Positions 30,574-41,415 of a DNA stretch of 64,000 bases are shown piece after piece. The DNA lies in assembly GCA_963776275.1 (NCBI GenBank), contig CAVZMI010000020.1, positions 160,001 through 224,000 of the forward strand. Direction: 5' to 3'. The DNA is from Ignavibacteriota bacterium. Its GTDB lineage: Bacteria > Bacteroidota > Ignavibacteria > UBA10030 > CAVZMI01. The position numbers and the translations under genes are program-made. Every line of letters starts with the position of its first letter. Within the stretch, counting starts at the first letter, position 1. The notes beneath the pieces were generated by a model, which saw only the letters and a list, made by a program, of their open reading frames with translations, did not search any database and was not told the origin of the DNA.

Positions 30574-31908
30574 ATGAATGATATTCAATCACTCCATCGC
30601 GGTAAGAAAAATACACCGGCAATTAATTTTATTGTCCTGTTGATCATCTCGCAACTACTCTACTGTTCTCTATATATTCCCGTTCTTGCTCCAATCCAAA
30701 GGTTTGTCGCTGTTTCGATTCTGAACAGTGCCATCTATCTTGGCGTGTGTCTCATAATCTATCGTAACAGGATGCTTTTTACCGATTCATCTGTATGGTT
30801 GATAATTCTTATTGGAATTATATTGCGCACCTCGGTACTATTCCTTGAGCCGACAGCATCGGATGATATCTACCGGTATATCTGGGACGGGAAGGTGCAG
30901 TCACATGGGATCAATCCGTATCTATATACACCATCAGATGAAGCATTGCGGCATTTGCATTCCGAGATGCTTCCCGGACTGGTAAATTTTCCCACGATGA
31001 AAACTATCTATCCACCGGTTGCCGAATGGATATTTTGGATTACATACAAAATCTTTGGGGAAAGCATTCTGGGTTTTAAGATCCCGCTGATGATTGCTGA
31101 AATCGCGACTCTTTTTTTGTTTCGTTCACTTCTCCGGCAGTTAAAGCTCCCTGCTGGATGGAGCGCACTCTATGCCTTCTGTCCTCTTCCGATCATGCAG
31201 TTCATGATTGACGGCCACCTGGATGCTCTGGGCTTGCCCTTTGTACTGCTTTTTATTCTTCTTTGGATTCGTCAGAAAAACCTTCTGGCACTCATATCTC
31301 TCGGGATTGCATCGGCGATAAAACTCGTTCCGCTCATTCTCATTCCCTTTGCATTCAAAGAACTACGCGGATGGAAACGACTGCTGGCTGTCGTCGTGCC
31401 GCTTGGAATCCTGGGAATATTCTATTTTCCCTATGTATTCGGACAGGGTGCGCCATTCGAGATGCTCGGTGTTTTTTCCTCGCGATGGGAATTCAATGGT
31501 TCGATCTTCCATTTATTATACCCTATAGTACAGGACAATACCCCCGTGCATTATATCTGTACGGTATTGTTTCTTCTGTGGGTTGGATTTCTTTACTTTC
31601 GGAATCTTCAATTTCTCGATTCACTCCGGCTTACAGTTTTCGGTTTCTTCATTTTCGCTCCTACGGTACACCCTTGGTATCTTTCCTGGCTTGCGGTTTT
31701 ACTGCCGTTACAATTCCGATGGAGCACGGCAGTATTTGTTGCTGTTGTCTCACTTGCAAATATAGTTGTCATTAATTACAGATTAATCGGCGTGTGGCAG
31801 GAATCGACAATTTTACTTTTTATAGAATACGGAATACTGGCGGCTGTGATGATCCGGGAATATTATCATTTCAAAAAAGAGCGAAATTATACTCAACAAA
31901 TATCTTGA
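30574..31908 (+). CDS. GT-C (GT87-like) membrane glycosyltransferase
   Basis: SDDIYRYIWDG...GINPY, TIYPP, VHPWY; many TM helices. Confidence 0.8.
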   Translation: MNDIQSLHRGKKNTPAINFIVLLIISQLLYCSLYIPVLAPIQRFVAVSILNSAIYLGVCLIIYRNRMLFTDSSVWLIILIGIILRTSVLFLEPTASDDIYRYIWDGKVQSHGINPYLYTPSDEALRHLHSEMLPGLVNFPTMKTIYPPVAEWIFWITYKIFGESILGFKIPLMIAEIATLFLFRSLLRQLKLPAGWSALYAFCPLPIMQFMIDGHLDALGLPFVLLFILLWIRQKNLLALISLGIASAIKLVPLILIPFAFKELRGWKRLLAVVVPLGILGIFYFPYVFGQGAPFEMLGVFSSRWEFNGSIFHLLYPIVQDNTPVHYICTVLFLLWVGFLYFRNLQFLDSLRLTVFGFFIFAPTVHPWYLSWLAVLLPLQFRWSTAVFVAVVSLANIVVINYRLIGVWQESTILLFIEYGILAAVMIREYYHFKKERNYTQQIS

Positions 31909-31979
31909 TACGGGATGAATGAATCCTTACCTTAAAGAATCAATAGTCCAAATAATAACATTCAATCAGCATATATCCC

Positions 31980-32627
31980 ATGGAATATCTTAACGAAGCG
32001 CTCAACTTTGTCATCCATCTCGATAAACACCTTTATGAAATTGTAACGCAATACGGAACATGGACTTACGCGATTCTTTTTGTCGTTATTTTCTGTGAGA
32101 CAGGATTTGTCGTGACACCATTTCTACCCGGCGACTCGTTATTGTTTGCGGCAGGTGCACTTTCCGCGTTAGGGGCAATCGATTTGGGTTTGCTCATAAT
32201 TCTGCTCGCGACTGCAGCCGTTGCCGGCGACACGGCAAATTACTGGATCGGTCATTATGTGGGACCAAAGGTATTTCATGAAGAACATGCCCGTTTTTGG
32301 AACAAAGAGTATCTCAACCGCACACACCATTTCTATGAAAAACACGGCGGGAAGACAATCGTTATTGCCCGTTTTCTTCCAATCATTCGCACGTTCGCTC
32401 CTTTTGTCGCGGGTATTGGAAGCATGACATACAGCCGGTTTATTTTGTATAATGTAGTTGGCGGAGCTGGATGGGTTATCATTTTTCTTTTGGGAGGGTA
32501 TTACTTCGGTAATATCCCTGTCGTCAAGAATAATTTTTCCCTGGTCATTCTGGCCATGCTTATTATCCCCGGTATTCCGGCTGTCATTGAATTCCTCAGG
32601 CATTATCTGCAAAGAAGAAAGAGATGA
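31980..32627 (+). CDS. dedA: DedA family membrane protein
   Basis: FCETG..PFLPGDSLLF, ARFLPIIRTFAPFVAG. Confidence 0.95.
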   Translation: MEYLNEALNFVIHLDKHLYEIVTQYGTWTYAILFVVIFCETGFVVTPFLPGDSLLFAAGALSALGAIDLGLLIILLATAAVAGDTANYWIGHYVGPKVFHEEHARFWNKEYLNRTHHFYEKHGGKTIVIARFLPIIRTFAPFVAGIGSMTYSRFILYNVVGGAGWVIIFLLGGYYFGNIPVVKNNFSLVILAMLIIPGIPAVIEFLRHYLQRRKR

Positions 32628-32631
32628 TCCA

Positions 32632-33738
32632 ATGAAAAATACTACAAGATATCTCCGTACTCGATTTCTCCTAATGGGAATATTGTACTCTGTCATCGCC
32701 GTTCTCCCGATAGCTGCACAGGAAAAACGGAGCAACAATAAACAGGATAACGAGATAATCATCGAAAAGAAGTTCGAGGATCTTAATCATCGTCTCGACC
32801 AGCTCGAGAAAGCACTTGACGATATCCAGTGGTATAACAAAGTGGGGGATGTGGCTCTCATTGATAAAGTTTTCCATGTCGGCTCGCCCCCCGCAAAAAT
32901 AAAAAATCCGACGGCAATGGGGGCGAAAAATCCGGTGAAATTCTGGTCTTATATTTTCATTCCGCAAAAAATCGACAGGAATAAAAAGCATCCTCTGATT
33001 ATCCTTCCACACGGCGGTGTACATGCCGATTTTACGACATACCACACCCACATTGTCCGCGAAATGATTGCCCAGGGATATGTCGTGATCGCCCCTGATT
33101 ACCGCGGCAGCACGGGCTACGGAAGTAAGTTTTACGAGCAGATCGATTACGGCGGACTCGAAATCGAAGATGTTCATGCCTGTCGTGATTACATGATCGA
33201 AAACTACGATTTCATCGATGAAGACCGCATCGGCATTGTCGGTTGGAGTCATGGCGGTTTGATTGCCCTCATGAATATCTTCGAGTACCCGAAGGATTAC
33301 GCAGTCGCATTTGCCGGAGTTCCTGTAAGCGATTTAATTACACGACTCGGATATCAGGGTGATGATTATGCAAAGGAGTTTTCGGCCGATTACCACATTG
33401 GTAAAACGGTAAACGAGGATGTGGAAGAATACAAAAAGCGTTCTCCGGTATGGAATGTCCAAAAACTGAAGACGCCGCTTTTAATCCATACAAACACCAA
33501 CGATGATGATGTGTATTCACTCGAAGTCGAGAACCTCATCCATGCACTGAAAGCCGAAGGGAAAAAATTCGAGTACGAAATATTTAAGGATGCCCCGGGT
33601 GGACACAGCTTCGACCGCATCGATACGAAATTGGCGAAACAGATCAGGGTGAAGATTTATAAATTCCTGGATGAGTATCTCCATCCACCTCATCCAATTA
33701 CATCGGTTTCTGAACTGATGAAGGCCGGATATCGATAA
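32632..33738 (+). CDS. Secreted S9-family peptidase/hydrolase
   Basis: HGGVH, DYRGSTGYG, GWSHGG, NDDDV, GGHSF; signal peptide. Confidence 0.88.
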   Translation: MKNTTRYLRTRFLLMGILYSVIAVLPIAAQEKRSNNKQDNEIIIEKKFEDLNHRLDQLEKALDDIQWYNKVGDVALIDKVFHVGSPPAKIKNPTAMGAKNPVKFWSYIFIPQKIDRNKKHPLIILPHGGVHADFTTYHTHIVREMIAQGYVVIAPDYRGSTGYGSKFYEQIDYGGLEIEDVHACRDYMIENYDFIDEDRIGIVGWSHGGLIALMNIFEYPKDYAVAFAGVPVSDLITRLGYQGDDYAKEFSADYHIGKTVNEDVEEYKKRSPVWNVQKLKTPLLIHTNTNDDDVYSLEVENLIHALKAEGKKFEYEIFKDAPGGHSFDRIDTKLAKQIRVKIYKFLDEYLHPPHPITSVSELMKAGYR

Positions 33739-33765
33739 GAAATTTTCACTATCGCAATATATCCT

Positions 33766-34231
33766 ATGAGCATTCAAATTAGGGAAGCAGAATATAACGA
33801 CGCTCCCGTTATTGTCGAATTCAATTCGCTGTTGGCAAAGGAAACCGAGGGGAAATCCCTCGATCGACAGCGTCTGTTACGGGGAGTGCAGACTATCCTG
33901 AGAGATCCGAAAAAAGGGACATACTACCTTGCAGAGATCGACGGGACCATCGTCGGCCAACTCCTGATCACTTACGAATGGAGCGACTGGAGAAACGGGA
34001 ATTTCTGGTGGATCCAGAGCGTCTATGTACGAAACGAACCAGCGCATGCTGGGAGTATTCACATCGCTGTTCCATTACGTCGAGTCATTGGCCCGCAAAC
34101 GTTCCGATGTATGTGGACTCCGCCTCTACGCCGACCGAAATAATACACATGCTCAACAAACATACGAGCATCTTGGTATGAAACGTGCCCATTACGAGAT
34201 GTTTGAAATTGATTTTGTTTTACAGTCATGA
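33766..34231 (+). CDS. GNAT acetyltransferase, split by a frameshift near 34037
   Basis: EWSDWRNG.FWWIQSVYV in 33766..34143; CGLRLY....N..AQ.TY..LGM in 34025..34231. Confidence 0.85.
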
Positions 34232-35053
34232 AAAAGAGACCCATATTTAGTGTTCCTCAATATAGAAATGTCGTCCTGGTCACTGGAGCTTCCACGGGAA
34301 TTGGGTATGAATTGTGCAAACTCTTTGCGCATGACCGATACGATCTGGTCATCATTGCACGTGACAGGAAACGGCTGACTCAGGTTGCATCGGAGCTACG
34401 CCGGGAATATGGCATAGATGTCTACTCGATTCCATGCGATCTTTCTGAACCATCCTCTGCGGGAACTCTGCACAGAAAGATTGAACAAAAAAAGCTTACC
34501 GTCGATATTCTTGTCAACAATGCCGGATTCGGCCTCTCCGGTTCTTTCTCGAAGACATCGCTCAAAGATGAACTTGCAATGATCCAGGTAAATATTACTT
34601 CACTCACGCATTTAACAAAGCTCGTTCTTCCCGATATGATAGCTCGGAAATCCGGAAAAATTCTCAACGTCGCATCTACGGCGGCATTTCAACCGGGTGC
34701 CTTTGATGGCTGTATATTATGCTACAAAAGCCTATGTTCTTCTTTTTTCCGAGGCCTTGGCACGTGAAATACAGGGAACGGGTATCACGGTATCGGTACT
34801 TTGTCCCGGACCGACCCGGACACAATTTCAACAACGCGCACGGATCGGACCATCACGACTTATTGACACCAAACTCATCATGGATGCAACGACTGTTGCT
34901 GCCGCCGGCTATCGAGGATTGATGAAAGGAAAAACTATCATAATACCGGGACTCTCGAATAAGATTTCATCACAGGCACATCGTTTTCTACCGAGGAAGC
35001 TCATCTCGAAAATTGTTCTCACAATCCAGAAAGAGCGGAATATTCTCGAATGA
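34228..35053 (+). CDS. Short-chain dehydrogenase/reductase, split by a frameshift near 34699
   Basis: TGASTGIG and NNAG upstream; YYATK and LCPGPT downstream. Confidence 0.9.
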
Positions 35054-35733
35054 CCTCTCAAAAGATTCTTGAAAGACTTCATTCATTGTCCAATTCCGCA
35101 AATGTTGAAGGCATGGCGCGCTTTGGTATCAGCAGCAAAAACACGCTTGGTATCTCAATGAAAACATTACGGACGATGGCAAAAGAATTTGGAAAAAATC
35201 ATCCTATTGCCGGAGAGCTTTGGGCGTCGGGAATTCACGAGGCGCGAATCCTTGCCACATTAATTGACGAGCCCCAAAAAGTCACCAGACGGCAAATGGA
35301 AAAATGGGTGAAAGAGATCGATTCCTGGGATGTCTGTGATCAGTGCTGCAGTAATCTGTTCGATAAAACTCCGATTGCCTATGAGAAAGCAATTGAATGG
35401 AGCACACGGAAACAGGAGTTTGTGAAAAGAGCGGGGTTTGTTACGATGGCAGTCCTTGCAGTACACGATAAAAAAGCCCCGGATTCTCGCTTCTATCCAT
35501 TTCTTTCCAGGATTGAACTTGAAGCCACTGATGAGCGTAACTTTGTCAAGAAAGCCGTAAATTGGGCTCTCCGTCAGATCGGGAAACGTAATATGTCTCT
35601 TCAGCGCCGCGCCGTAACAATAGCAAATAATCTCATGGAGAGCGGATCGCCTGCCGCGCGCTGGATCGCATCCGATGCGCTGCGGGAACTGAAGAATTCA
35701 AAGACTCTGGAAAGAATTAAAACAAAAAAATAA
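35050..35733 (+). CDS. DNA alkylation repair protein, AlkD-like
   Basis: LWASGIHEAR, SWDVCDQ, DERNFVKKAVNWALRQIGKRN. Confidence 0.88.
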   Translation: MTSQKILERLHSLSNSANVEGMARFGISSKNTLGISMKTLRTMAKEFGKNHPIAGELWASGIHEARILATLIDEPQKVTRRQMEKWVKEIDSWDVCDQCCSNLFDKTPIAYEKAIEWSTRKQEFVKRAGFVTMAVLAVHDKKAPDSRFYPFLSRIELEATDERNFVKKAVNWALRQIGKRNMSLQRRAVTIANNLMESGSPAARWIASDALRELKNSKTLERIKTKK

Positions 35734-35760
35734 ATCGCTTCATCCGGGTGAGGGCTGTTT

Positions 35761-36828
35761 ATGAACCACCAACCGAACATTGATTTTACCGCAGGTTTTT
35801 CCTGCCCGATTCCCATCATCGATTATCCGTCTGTTCTTCTTGCTCACGGCGGCGGTGGAAAATTATCACAGCAATTAATTCGCTCGATGTTCTTTTCACA
35901 ATTCGACAATCCGGCATTGAGAGAAGAACACGACGGTGCGATGATTTCCCTCGGCGGGACACGGCTTGCATTTTCTACAGATTCTTATGTCGTCCATCCA
36001 ATTTTTTTCCCCGGCGGCAATATCGGTGAGCTGGCCGTTTACGGTACCGTCAACGATCTGGCAATGTGCGGGGCAACGCCGTATTTTCTGTCGGCCGCAT
36101 TCATAATTGAAGAAGGATTTCCCATGGAGCGGCTCTGGACGATTGTCCAGTCGATGCAGCAGGCAGCCGCACGGTCATCGGTTCAGCTTGTCACCGGTGA
36201 TACGAAAGTTGTTGATCGTGGGAAAGGAGACGGAATATTTATCACGACAGCCGGAATCGGTCTCATTGAAGAAGGAATTTCAATTGCACCCAGACGCGCA
36301 GCGGTGGGAGATACAATTATTCTCAGCGGGCATATTGCCGAGCATGGAATCGCAATCATGTCGGTACGGGAAGGAATTGCATTTGAAACACAGATACAAA
36401 GCGATTGCGCACCGCTCAATGGCCTCGTCGATATCATCCTGAAAAAATCCAAAAATATTCATGTCCTACGTGATCCGACGAGGGGTGGGCTCGCCAGTTC
36501 GCTGAATGAAATCGCAGATGCGGCACATATCGGCATTGTCATTGAAGAAACGAAAATACCGGTTACGGAAGAGGTTCAAGGTGCATGTGAGATTCTCGGT
36601 CTTGACCCGCTCTACATCGCGAATGAAGGAAAACTCATAGCAATCGTTCCCGATGATGAAGCGGAGAATGTTCTCTCGGTAATGCGATCGCACCCGAACG
36701 GGAGAGAGGCTACGGTGATCGGGAAAGTAGTCGATGCACATCCAGGAATAGTCGTCATGAAAACAACGGTCGGGGGAAGCCGGGTGGTCGATATGCTTTC
36801 GGGTGAACAACTTCCGAGGATTTGTTAA
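35761..36828 (+). CDS. hypE: Hydrogenase maturation carbamoyl dehydratase
   Basis: AHGGGG, TDSYVV.P.FFPGG, RDPTRGG, ANEGK, C-terminal LPRIC. Confidence 0.96.
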   Translation: MNHQPNIDFTAGFSCPIPIIDYPSVLLAHGGGGKLSQQLIRSMFFSQFDNPALREEHDGAMISLGGTRLAFSTDSYVVHPIFFPGGNIGELAVYGTVNDLAMCGATPYFLSAAFIIEEGFPMERLWTIVQSMQQAAARSSVQLVTGDTKVVDRGKGDGIFITTAGIGLIEEGISIAPRRAAVGDTIILSGHIAEHGIAIMSVREGIAFETQIQSDCAPLNGLVDIILKKSKNIHVLRDPTRGGLASSLNEIADAAHIGIVIEETKIPVTEEVQGACEILGLDPLYIANEGKLIAIVPDDEAENVLSVMRSHPNGREATVIGKVVDAHPGIVVMKTTVGGSRVVDMLSGEQLPRIC

Positions 36829-36879
36829 AAAGTCCTATCTGTTGTTAAATTTTTTCCCCTTGACATACTCATCCCGATT

Positions 36880-37053
36880 CCCTTCGACCGTTCGATCCGC
36901 CTTCGGCGGACTCGCGGCAAGCAAGCTCGTCCCGAGTAAATCGAGGGGCTCGTCCCGAGTAAAATCGAGGGGCTGGTCCCGAGTAAAATCGAGGGGCTGG
37001 CCCGAGTAAATCGAGGGGCCTGCTCAGAGCGTGCCGAGGGGCTCAGGGTAAAC
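36880..37053. repeat. Nested REP-like palindromic elements including four tandem 22-24 bp units
   Basis: Units like GCTCGTCCCGAGTAAATCGAGGG at 36925, 36948, 36972, 36996; hairpin TCCGCC-TTC-GGCGGA at 36896-36910. Confidence 0.9.
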
Positions 37054-37186
37054 TTTCATACGGAGCAAGCTTTTCAGTTTTATCTTTAGAGCGCCGCAAT
37101 TTGTCTATTCTTTCAATTTTCTCTGACAAACCGGCAAATCCTCTCTGCCGAAAAAGTACGAAAATAACTACAGAAGCGGCAGAAGC

Positions 37187-37215
37187 TTGCCTTTTAGAAT
37201 ATGGTATGGTATATT
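37187..37215 (+). promoter_or_regulatory. Putative sigma70 promoter upstream of the tilS leader
   Basis: TTGCCT-N17-TATATT. Confidence 0.55.
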
Positions 37216-37221
37216 AAATAA

Positions 37222-37321
37222 ATTAAAAGCATCGTGATGCCTCCCGGATGCTTTGCTATGCAAATGAGGTTAGGATGGCTTGCCCGGTGGGCTATTCATT
37301 GTTCACGAGGCAGGCTTTTTC
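37222..37321 (+). ncRNA. Candidate structured small RNA or attenuator leader upstream of tilS
   Basis: 8-bp stem AAAGCATC/GATGCTTT (37226-37254), then hairpin 37277-37316 followed by a T-tract, behind a promoter. Confidence 0.4.
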
Positions 37322-37334
37322 ATTCTTGAATCCT

Positions 37335-38792
37335 ATGGTCGTTCAACGAAAAGTCCCCAAACGGGGGGCACATACGTTTCTTAGGCAGTGCGAAGAATTT
37401 TTGCGGACTGAAGGGCTACTACGACATGGAGAGAGAGTGATAGTTGCCGTCAGCGGTGGCATTGATTCTATGGTACTTCTTGACGTTCTTGTTTCCCTCC
37501 GGGAAAAATTTCGTCTCGAGCTCATTGTCGGACATGTGAATCATAGCCTTAGGGGACGTGAATCGGACGGGGATCAGGAATTTGTTGAAGGATCGGCCAA
37601 ACAGTACGGAGTCCGGTGTATCGTTGCTCGTATCGCAACAAAAGAATATGCCGGGGCAATGAAAGTGTCGATTCAGGATGCTGCCCGTGAATTGCGGTAT
37701 GCATTTCTGAAAGAGCTCCACCACTCGGCAGGTGCGGACTGGATTGCAACCGCTCACCATGCCGATGACAATGCCGAGACATTACTTCTGCATTTTGTTC
37801 GAGGTACGGGACTTCAGGGATTACGCGGAATCCTTCCGAAGCGGGAAGACGAAAGTATTATTCGACCTCTTTTATTTGCGCGGAGGTCGGAAATTATAGA
37901 ATACGCAAGGGCAAAACGGATACATTACCGGGAAGATTCATCGAATACAAAAGACAAGTACTCCCGGAATGCGCTCCGCCATAAAGTTTTACCGGTGCTC
38001 GAACAATACATTAACCCGGGAATTGTTCATACTCTTAATTACAATGCACGGCTTTTCGAGCAATCCGGACGATTAATCGAACATGCGCACGATCTGGCAC
38101 TGTCGGAATGTGTTCGACCGTACGATAGTCATACGTTCGGTGTTAGGGTGAAAAAACTATTGGTTCACCCGATCGAAATGCAGCACGCACTTTTTCATCG
38201 ATTGTTTTCACGTCTTCCAGGTGCTCCTGTGAACTACAAATCGATCACACAGAGTATCCGATTATGCAGCGCGCAGGTGGGGAAACGTATCCAACTGAAT
38301 AAACGATGGAACATCATCCGTGATCGCGAAGAGCTTGTGTTATCGGATCTTCTCCACGATGAACCGGTTGATTACCAGCTGGAGTCCTACGGTACTCTCC
38401 GCGGCTCCGGTATTTCACTGACTATCGAGCAGGTTAATAAAAACGATGTCGGATTTAATCGTGTTCGACGGACACGGCACCCGCGATGGACAACAACGGA
38501 ATATGTTGATGCTGATACATTCCGATTCCCCTTGCGGCTCCGGAAATGGCAGAAAGGCGATTGGTTTATTCCTCTTGGGATGAAAGATAAAAAAAAGATC
38601 AGTAACTTTTTAACCGACGTTCACATTCCGTCGCAGCAGAAGAAAATGATTTGCGTATTATGTTCGGGTAATGACATTATATGGGTGTGCGGTGTACGAC
38701 TGGACAACCGTTTCAGAATTTTAGAACATACACGCAATATCGCCCGGCTTCATTTTCATAACAAGGATCTTCGGATGACATCTGATGGATAA
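37335..38792 (+). CDS. tilS: tRNA(Ile)-lysidine synthetase
   Basis: AVSGGIDS, HVNHSLRG, ATAHHADDNAET, IRPLL, DSSN; start uncertain. Confidence 0.95.
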   Translation: MVVQRKVPKRGAHTFLRQCEEFLRTEGLLRHGERVIVAVSGGIDSMVLLDVLVSLREKFRLELIVGHVNHSLRGRESDGDQEFVEGSAKQYGVRCIVARIATKEYAGAMKVSIQDAARELRYAFLKELHHSAGADWIATAHHADDNAETLLLHFVRGTGLQGLRGILPKREDESIIRPLLFARRSEIIEYARAKRIHYREDSSNTKDKYSRNALRHKVLPVLEQYINPGIVHTLNYNARLFEQSGRLIEHAHDLALSECVRPYDSHTFGVRVKKLLVHPIEMQHALFHRLFSRLPGAPVNYKSITQSIRLCSAQVGKRIQLNKRWNIIRDREELVLSDLLHDEPVDYQLESYGTLRGSGISLTIEQVNKNDVGFNRVRRTRHPRWTTTEYVDADTFRFPLRLRKWQKGDWFIPLGMKDKKKISNFLTDVHIPSQQKKMICVLCSGNDIIWVCGVRLDNRFRILEHTRNIARLHFHNKDLRMTSDG

Positions 38793-39327
38793 TACGATCA
38801 CGGTAAACGGCGACCCTTTTGTATTATACCTTTCCGAAAAACAAATAATGGAACGGGTGCAGGATCTGGGGCGCCGGCTTAACCATGATTATGCAGGTTC
38901 GGTGCCGATTTTTATCGGAGTACTCAATGGCTCATTCATCTTTCTTGCAGATCTGATCCGCGAGATTACAATCGATTGCGAAATAGATTTTATCAAGCTT
39001 TCAAGTTATGGTGATGCTAAAATTACTTCGGGCGACGTCCGCGTGCTGAAAAACCTGAACTGTCAGGTTAAGGACCGTGATATCGTCATTGTTGAAGATA
39101 TCGTTGATTCGGGGCTTTCAATCGATTTTTTTAAACGTCTGATTATTTCACAGAACCCGCGGTCGGTTAAAGTTGTTACGTTATTATATAAGAAAGGATC
39201 GACTAAGTATCCTGTCGAGATGGATTATGTTGGATTCGAGATCCCGAGTCTTTTTGTGATCGGGTATGGCCTTGACTATGCCCAGAAAGTGCGGAATCTC
39301 CGAAATATCTATATATTACAACAATAA
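38785..39327 (+). CDS. hpt: Hypoxanthine phosphoribosyltransferase
   Basis: IVEDIVDSG, FVIGYGLDY; tilS-hpt-ftsH order. Confidence 0.96.
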   Translation: MDNTITVNGDPFVLYLSEKQIMERVQDLGRRLNHDYAGSVPIFIGVLNGSFIFLADLIREITIDCEIDFIKLSSYGDAKITSGDVRVLKNLNCQVKDRDIVIVEDIVDSGLSIDFFKRLIISQNPRSVKVVTLLYKKGSTKYPVEMDYVGFEIPSLFVIGYGLDYAQKVRNLRNIYILQQ

Positions 39328-39336
39328 TGGTGTTCC

Positions 39337-41415
39337 ATGGGTGACGAAAAAAATACTCGTCAATCTGACGATAGCAATAATAAAGGTCAGAAAAAACGAC
39401 AGATGCCAAAGTCTTCGCGACAACGACAGCCTCTGCAACCCCGTAATGAAGATGAATTCAATTGGGGTAAAGTATTACGGGCAATAAGCTGGTTGGCAAT
39501 CTTCCTCGCGGCGTTTTTCATCATTACTTTGTTCAAAACGGGGGACGGACAGGAGATCGAAGTTTCCTACACAAATTATCAGCAATTAATCCAATCGGGG
39601 CAAATAGTTTCGGCGCTTATAAAGAAATCTGAGCTGAACAGTTTCGAATTCCACGGAACCCTCAAAGATAAGCAAACAGTAATTGATATCAACGGGAAGA
39701 CACATCGTGACGTCACACGCATTACATTGCCTCTTCCCTTTGTCGACGGCTCCGTTACCCAGCAATGGGCCGAACGAGGTGTCAGTGTCTCATTTGTCAA
39801 AGAAGATAACACCTGGTTGAACGCCCTTTTCCAAATGCTGCCGTGGGTCTTGCTCCTTGCAATCTGGTTTATTCTGATGCGCCGGATGCAGGGGACAGGA
39901 ACGAAGGGAATATTCTCGTTCGGGAAAGTCCGCACAAAGATGATGAGCGAAGCAAGTCCGCGTATCACCTTTGTTGATGTTGCAGGGGCGGATGAAGCAA
40001 AAATGGAGCTCCAGGAGATTATCGAGTTCCTGCGCGAACCGACGAAATTCCAGAAACTCGGCGGCAAAATTCCACGCGGTGTATTACTACTGGGCCCTCC
40101 GGGAACCGGCAAAACGCTTCTCGCACGTGCTGTTGCCGGTGAGGCGAGCGTACCGTTTTTTACAATCAGCGGAGCCGATTTTGTTGAAATGTTCGTCGGG
40201 GTTGGAGCAAGCCGTGTCCGTGATTTGTTTGAAACAGGAAAAAAGAGTGCACCGTGTATTATCTTCATCGATGAAATCGATGCCGTCGGACGTCACCGTG
40301 GTGCGGGACTTGGAGGCGGACATGACGAGCGTGAGCAGACATTGAATCAACTCCTCGTCGAAATGGATGGATTCGAACAGAACAGCGGTGTGATTATCAT
40401 CGCTGCAACCAACCGACCGGATGTTCTCGATCCGGCACTATTGCGTCCCGGCCGGTTCGATCGACAGGTCGTTGTCGATCGTCCCGACGTCAAGGGACGT
40501 GAAGGAATCCTGAAAGTCCATACCCGGCATATCCCTCTTGCCGATGATGTGAAGCTTGATACACTGGCCAAAGGAACTCCGGGACTTGCCGGAGCGGATC
40601 TTGCGAACCTTGTTAACGAAGCGGCGCTTCTCGCGGCAAGGAATAATGCAAAAGCTGTCAGCATGAACGACTTTGAGCAGGCAAAAGACAAAGTGATGAT
40701 GGGGATGGAGCGGAGAAGCCTTATTATCTCGGATCAGGAAAAAAAGGTCACTGCATATCACGAATCAGGACATGTGTTGGTTGCCCGGAAAGTCCCGGAA
40801 GCCGATCCTGTTCACAAAGTCACCATTATTCCGCGGGGTCGTGCGCTCGGTATCACGACGTATTTACCGATTGATGAGAAACATACATACTCGAAAGAAT
40901 ATCTTGAGGCGATGATCACTTATGCATTAGGCGGACGCGCAGCAGAAATGCTTGTTTTTAATCAATTAACTACGGGTGCTGGCAACGATATTGAACGGTC
41001 TACGCAGCTTGCGCGAAAAATGGTCTGCGAATGGGGCATGAGCGAGCGGCTTGGTCCGCTTGCCTACGGCGCAAAGGAAGAAGAAATCTTTCTAGGAAGA
41101 GAAATTACTCGTCACAAGGATTATAGCGAAAGCACGGCGATCGCTATCGATGATGAAGTGAAAAATATTGTGTCGAAATGCATGAACCGTGCAGAACGCA
41201 TCCTGAAAGAAAATGTGGATCAACTTCATCGTCTTTCAGCGGCTCTGCTCGAACGGGAAATTCTCGACGGCGAGGAGATCGACAAGATTATCGGTGGAGG
41301 ATCCCTCACACCGCTCGAAAAAAATAACGGCGACACAAACGGTCAAGCAATAGATAACAGACAACTCGAGGAGGCGGTCAAGGTAATTAAGGCTGCCCGT
41401 GATGGAAAGAAATAA
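39337..41415 (+). CDS. ftsH: ATP-dependent zinc metalloprotease FtsH
   Basis: [23 protein letters not shown], two N-terminal TM helices. Confidence 0.98.
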   Translation: MGDEKNTRQSDDSNNKGQKKRQMPKSSRQRQPLQPRNEDEFNWGKVLRAISWLAIFLAAFFIITLFKTGDGQEIEVSYTNYQQLIQSGQIVSALIKKSELNSFEFHGTLKDKQTVIDINGKTHRDVTRITLPLPFVDGSVTQQWAERGVSVSFVKEDNTWLNALFQMLPWVLLLAIWFILMRRMQGTGTKGIFSFGKVRTKMMSEASPRITFVDVAGADEAKMELQEIIEFLREPTKFQKLGGKIPRGVLLLGPPGTGKTLLARAVAGEASVPFFTISGADFVEMFVGVGASRVRDLFETGKKSAPCIIFIDEIDAVGRHRGAGLGGGHDEREQTLNQLLVEMDGFEQNSGVIIIAATNRPDVLDPALLRPGRFDRQVVVDRPDVKGREGILKVHTRHIPLADDVKLDTLAKGTPGLAGADLANLVNEAALLAARNNAKAVSMNDFEQAKDKVMMGMERRSLIISDQEKKVTAYHESGHVLVARKVPEADPVHKVTIIPRGRALGITTYLPIDEKHTYSKEYLEAMITYALGGRAAEMLVFNQLTTGAGNDIERSTQLARKMVCEWGMSERLGPLAYGAKEEEIFLGREITRHKDYSESTAIAIDDEVKNIVSKCMNRAERILKENVDQLHRLSAALLEREILDGEEIDKIIGGGSLTPLEKNNGDTNGQAIDNRQLEEAVKVIKAARDGKK

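Noticed and set aside
36925-37017. CRISPR array
   Set aside because: Units are directly adjacent with no unique spacers, and no cas genes are nearby
39579-40268. 229-aa - strand ORF
   Set aside because: Antisense shadow of ftsH
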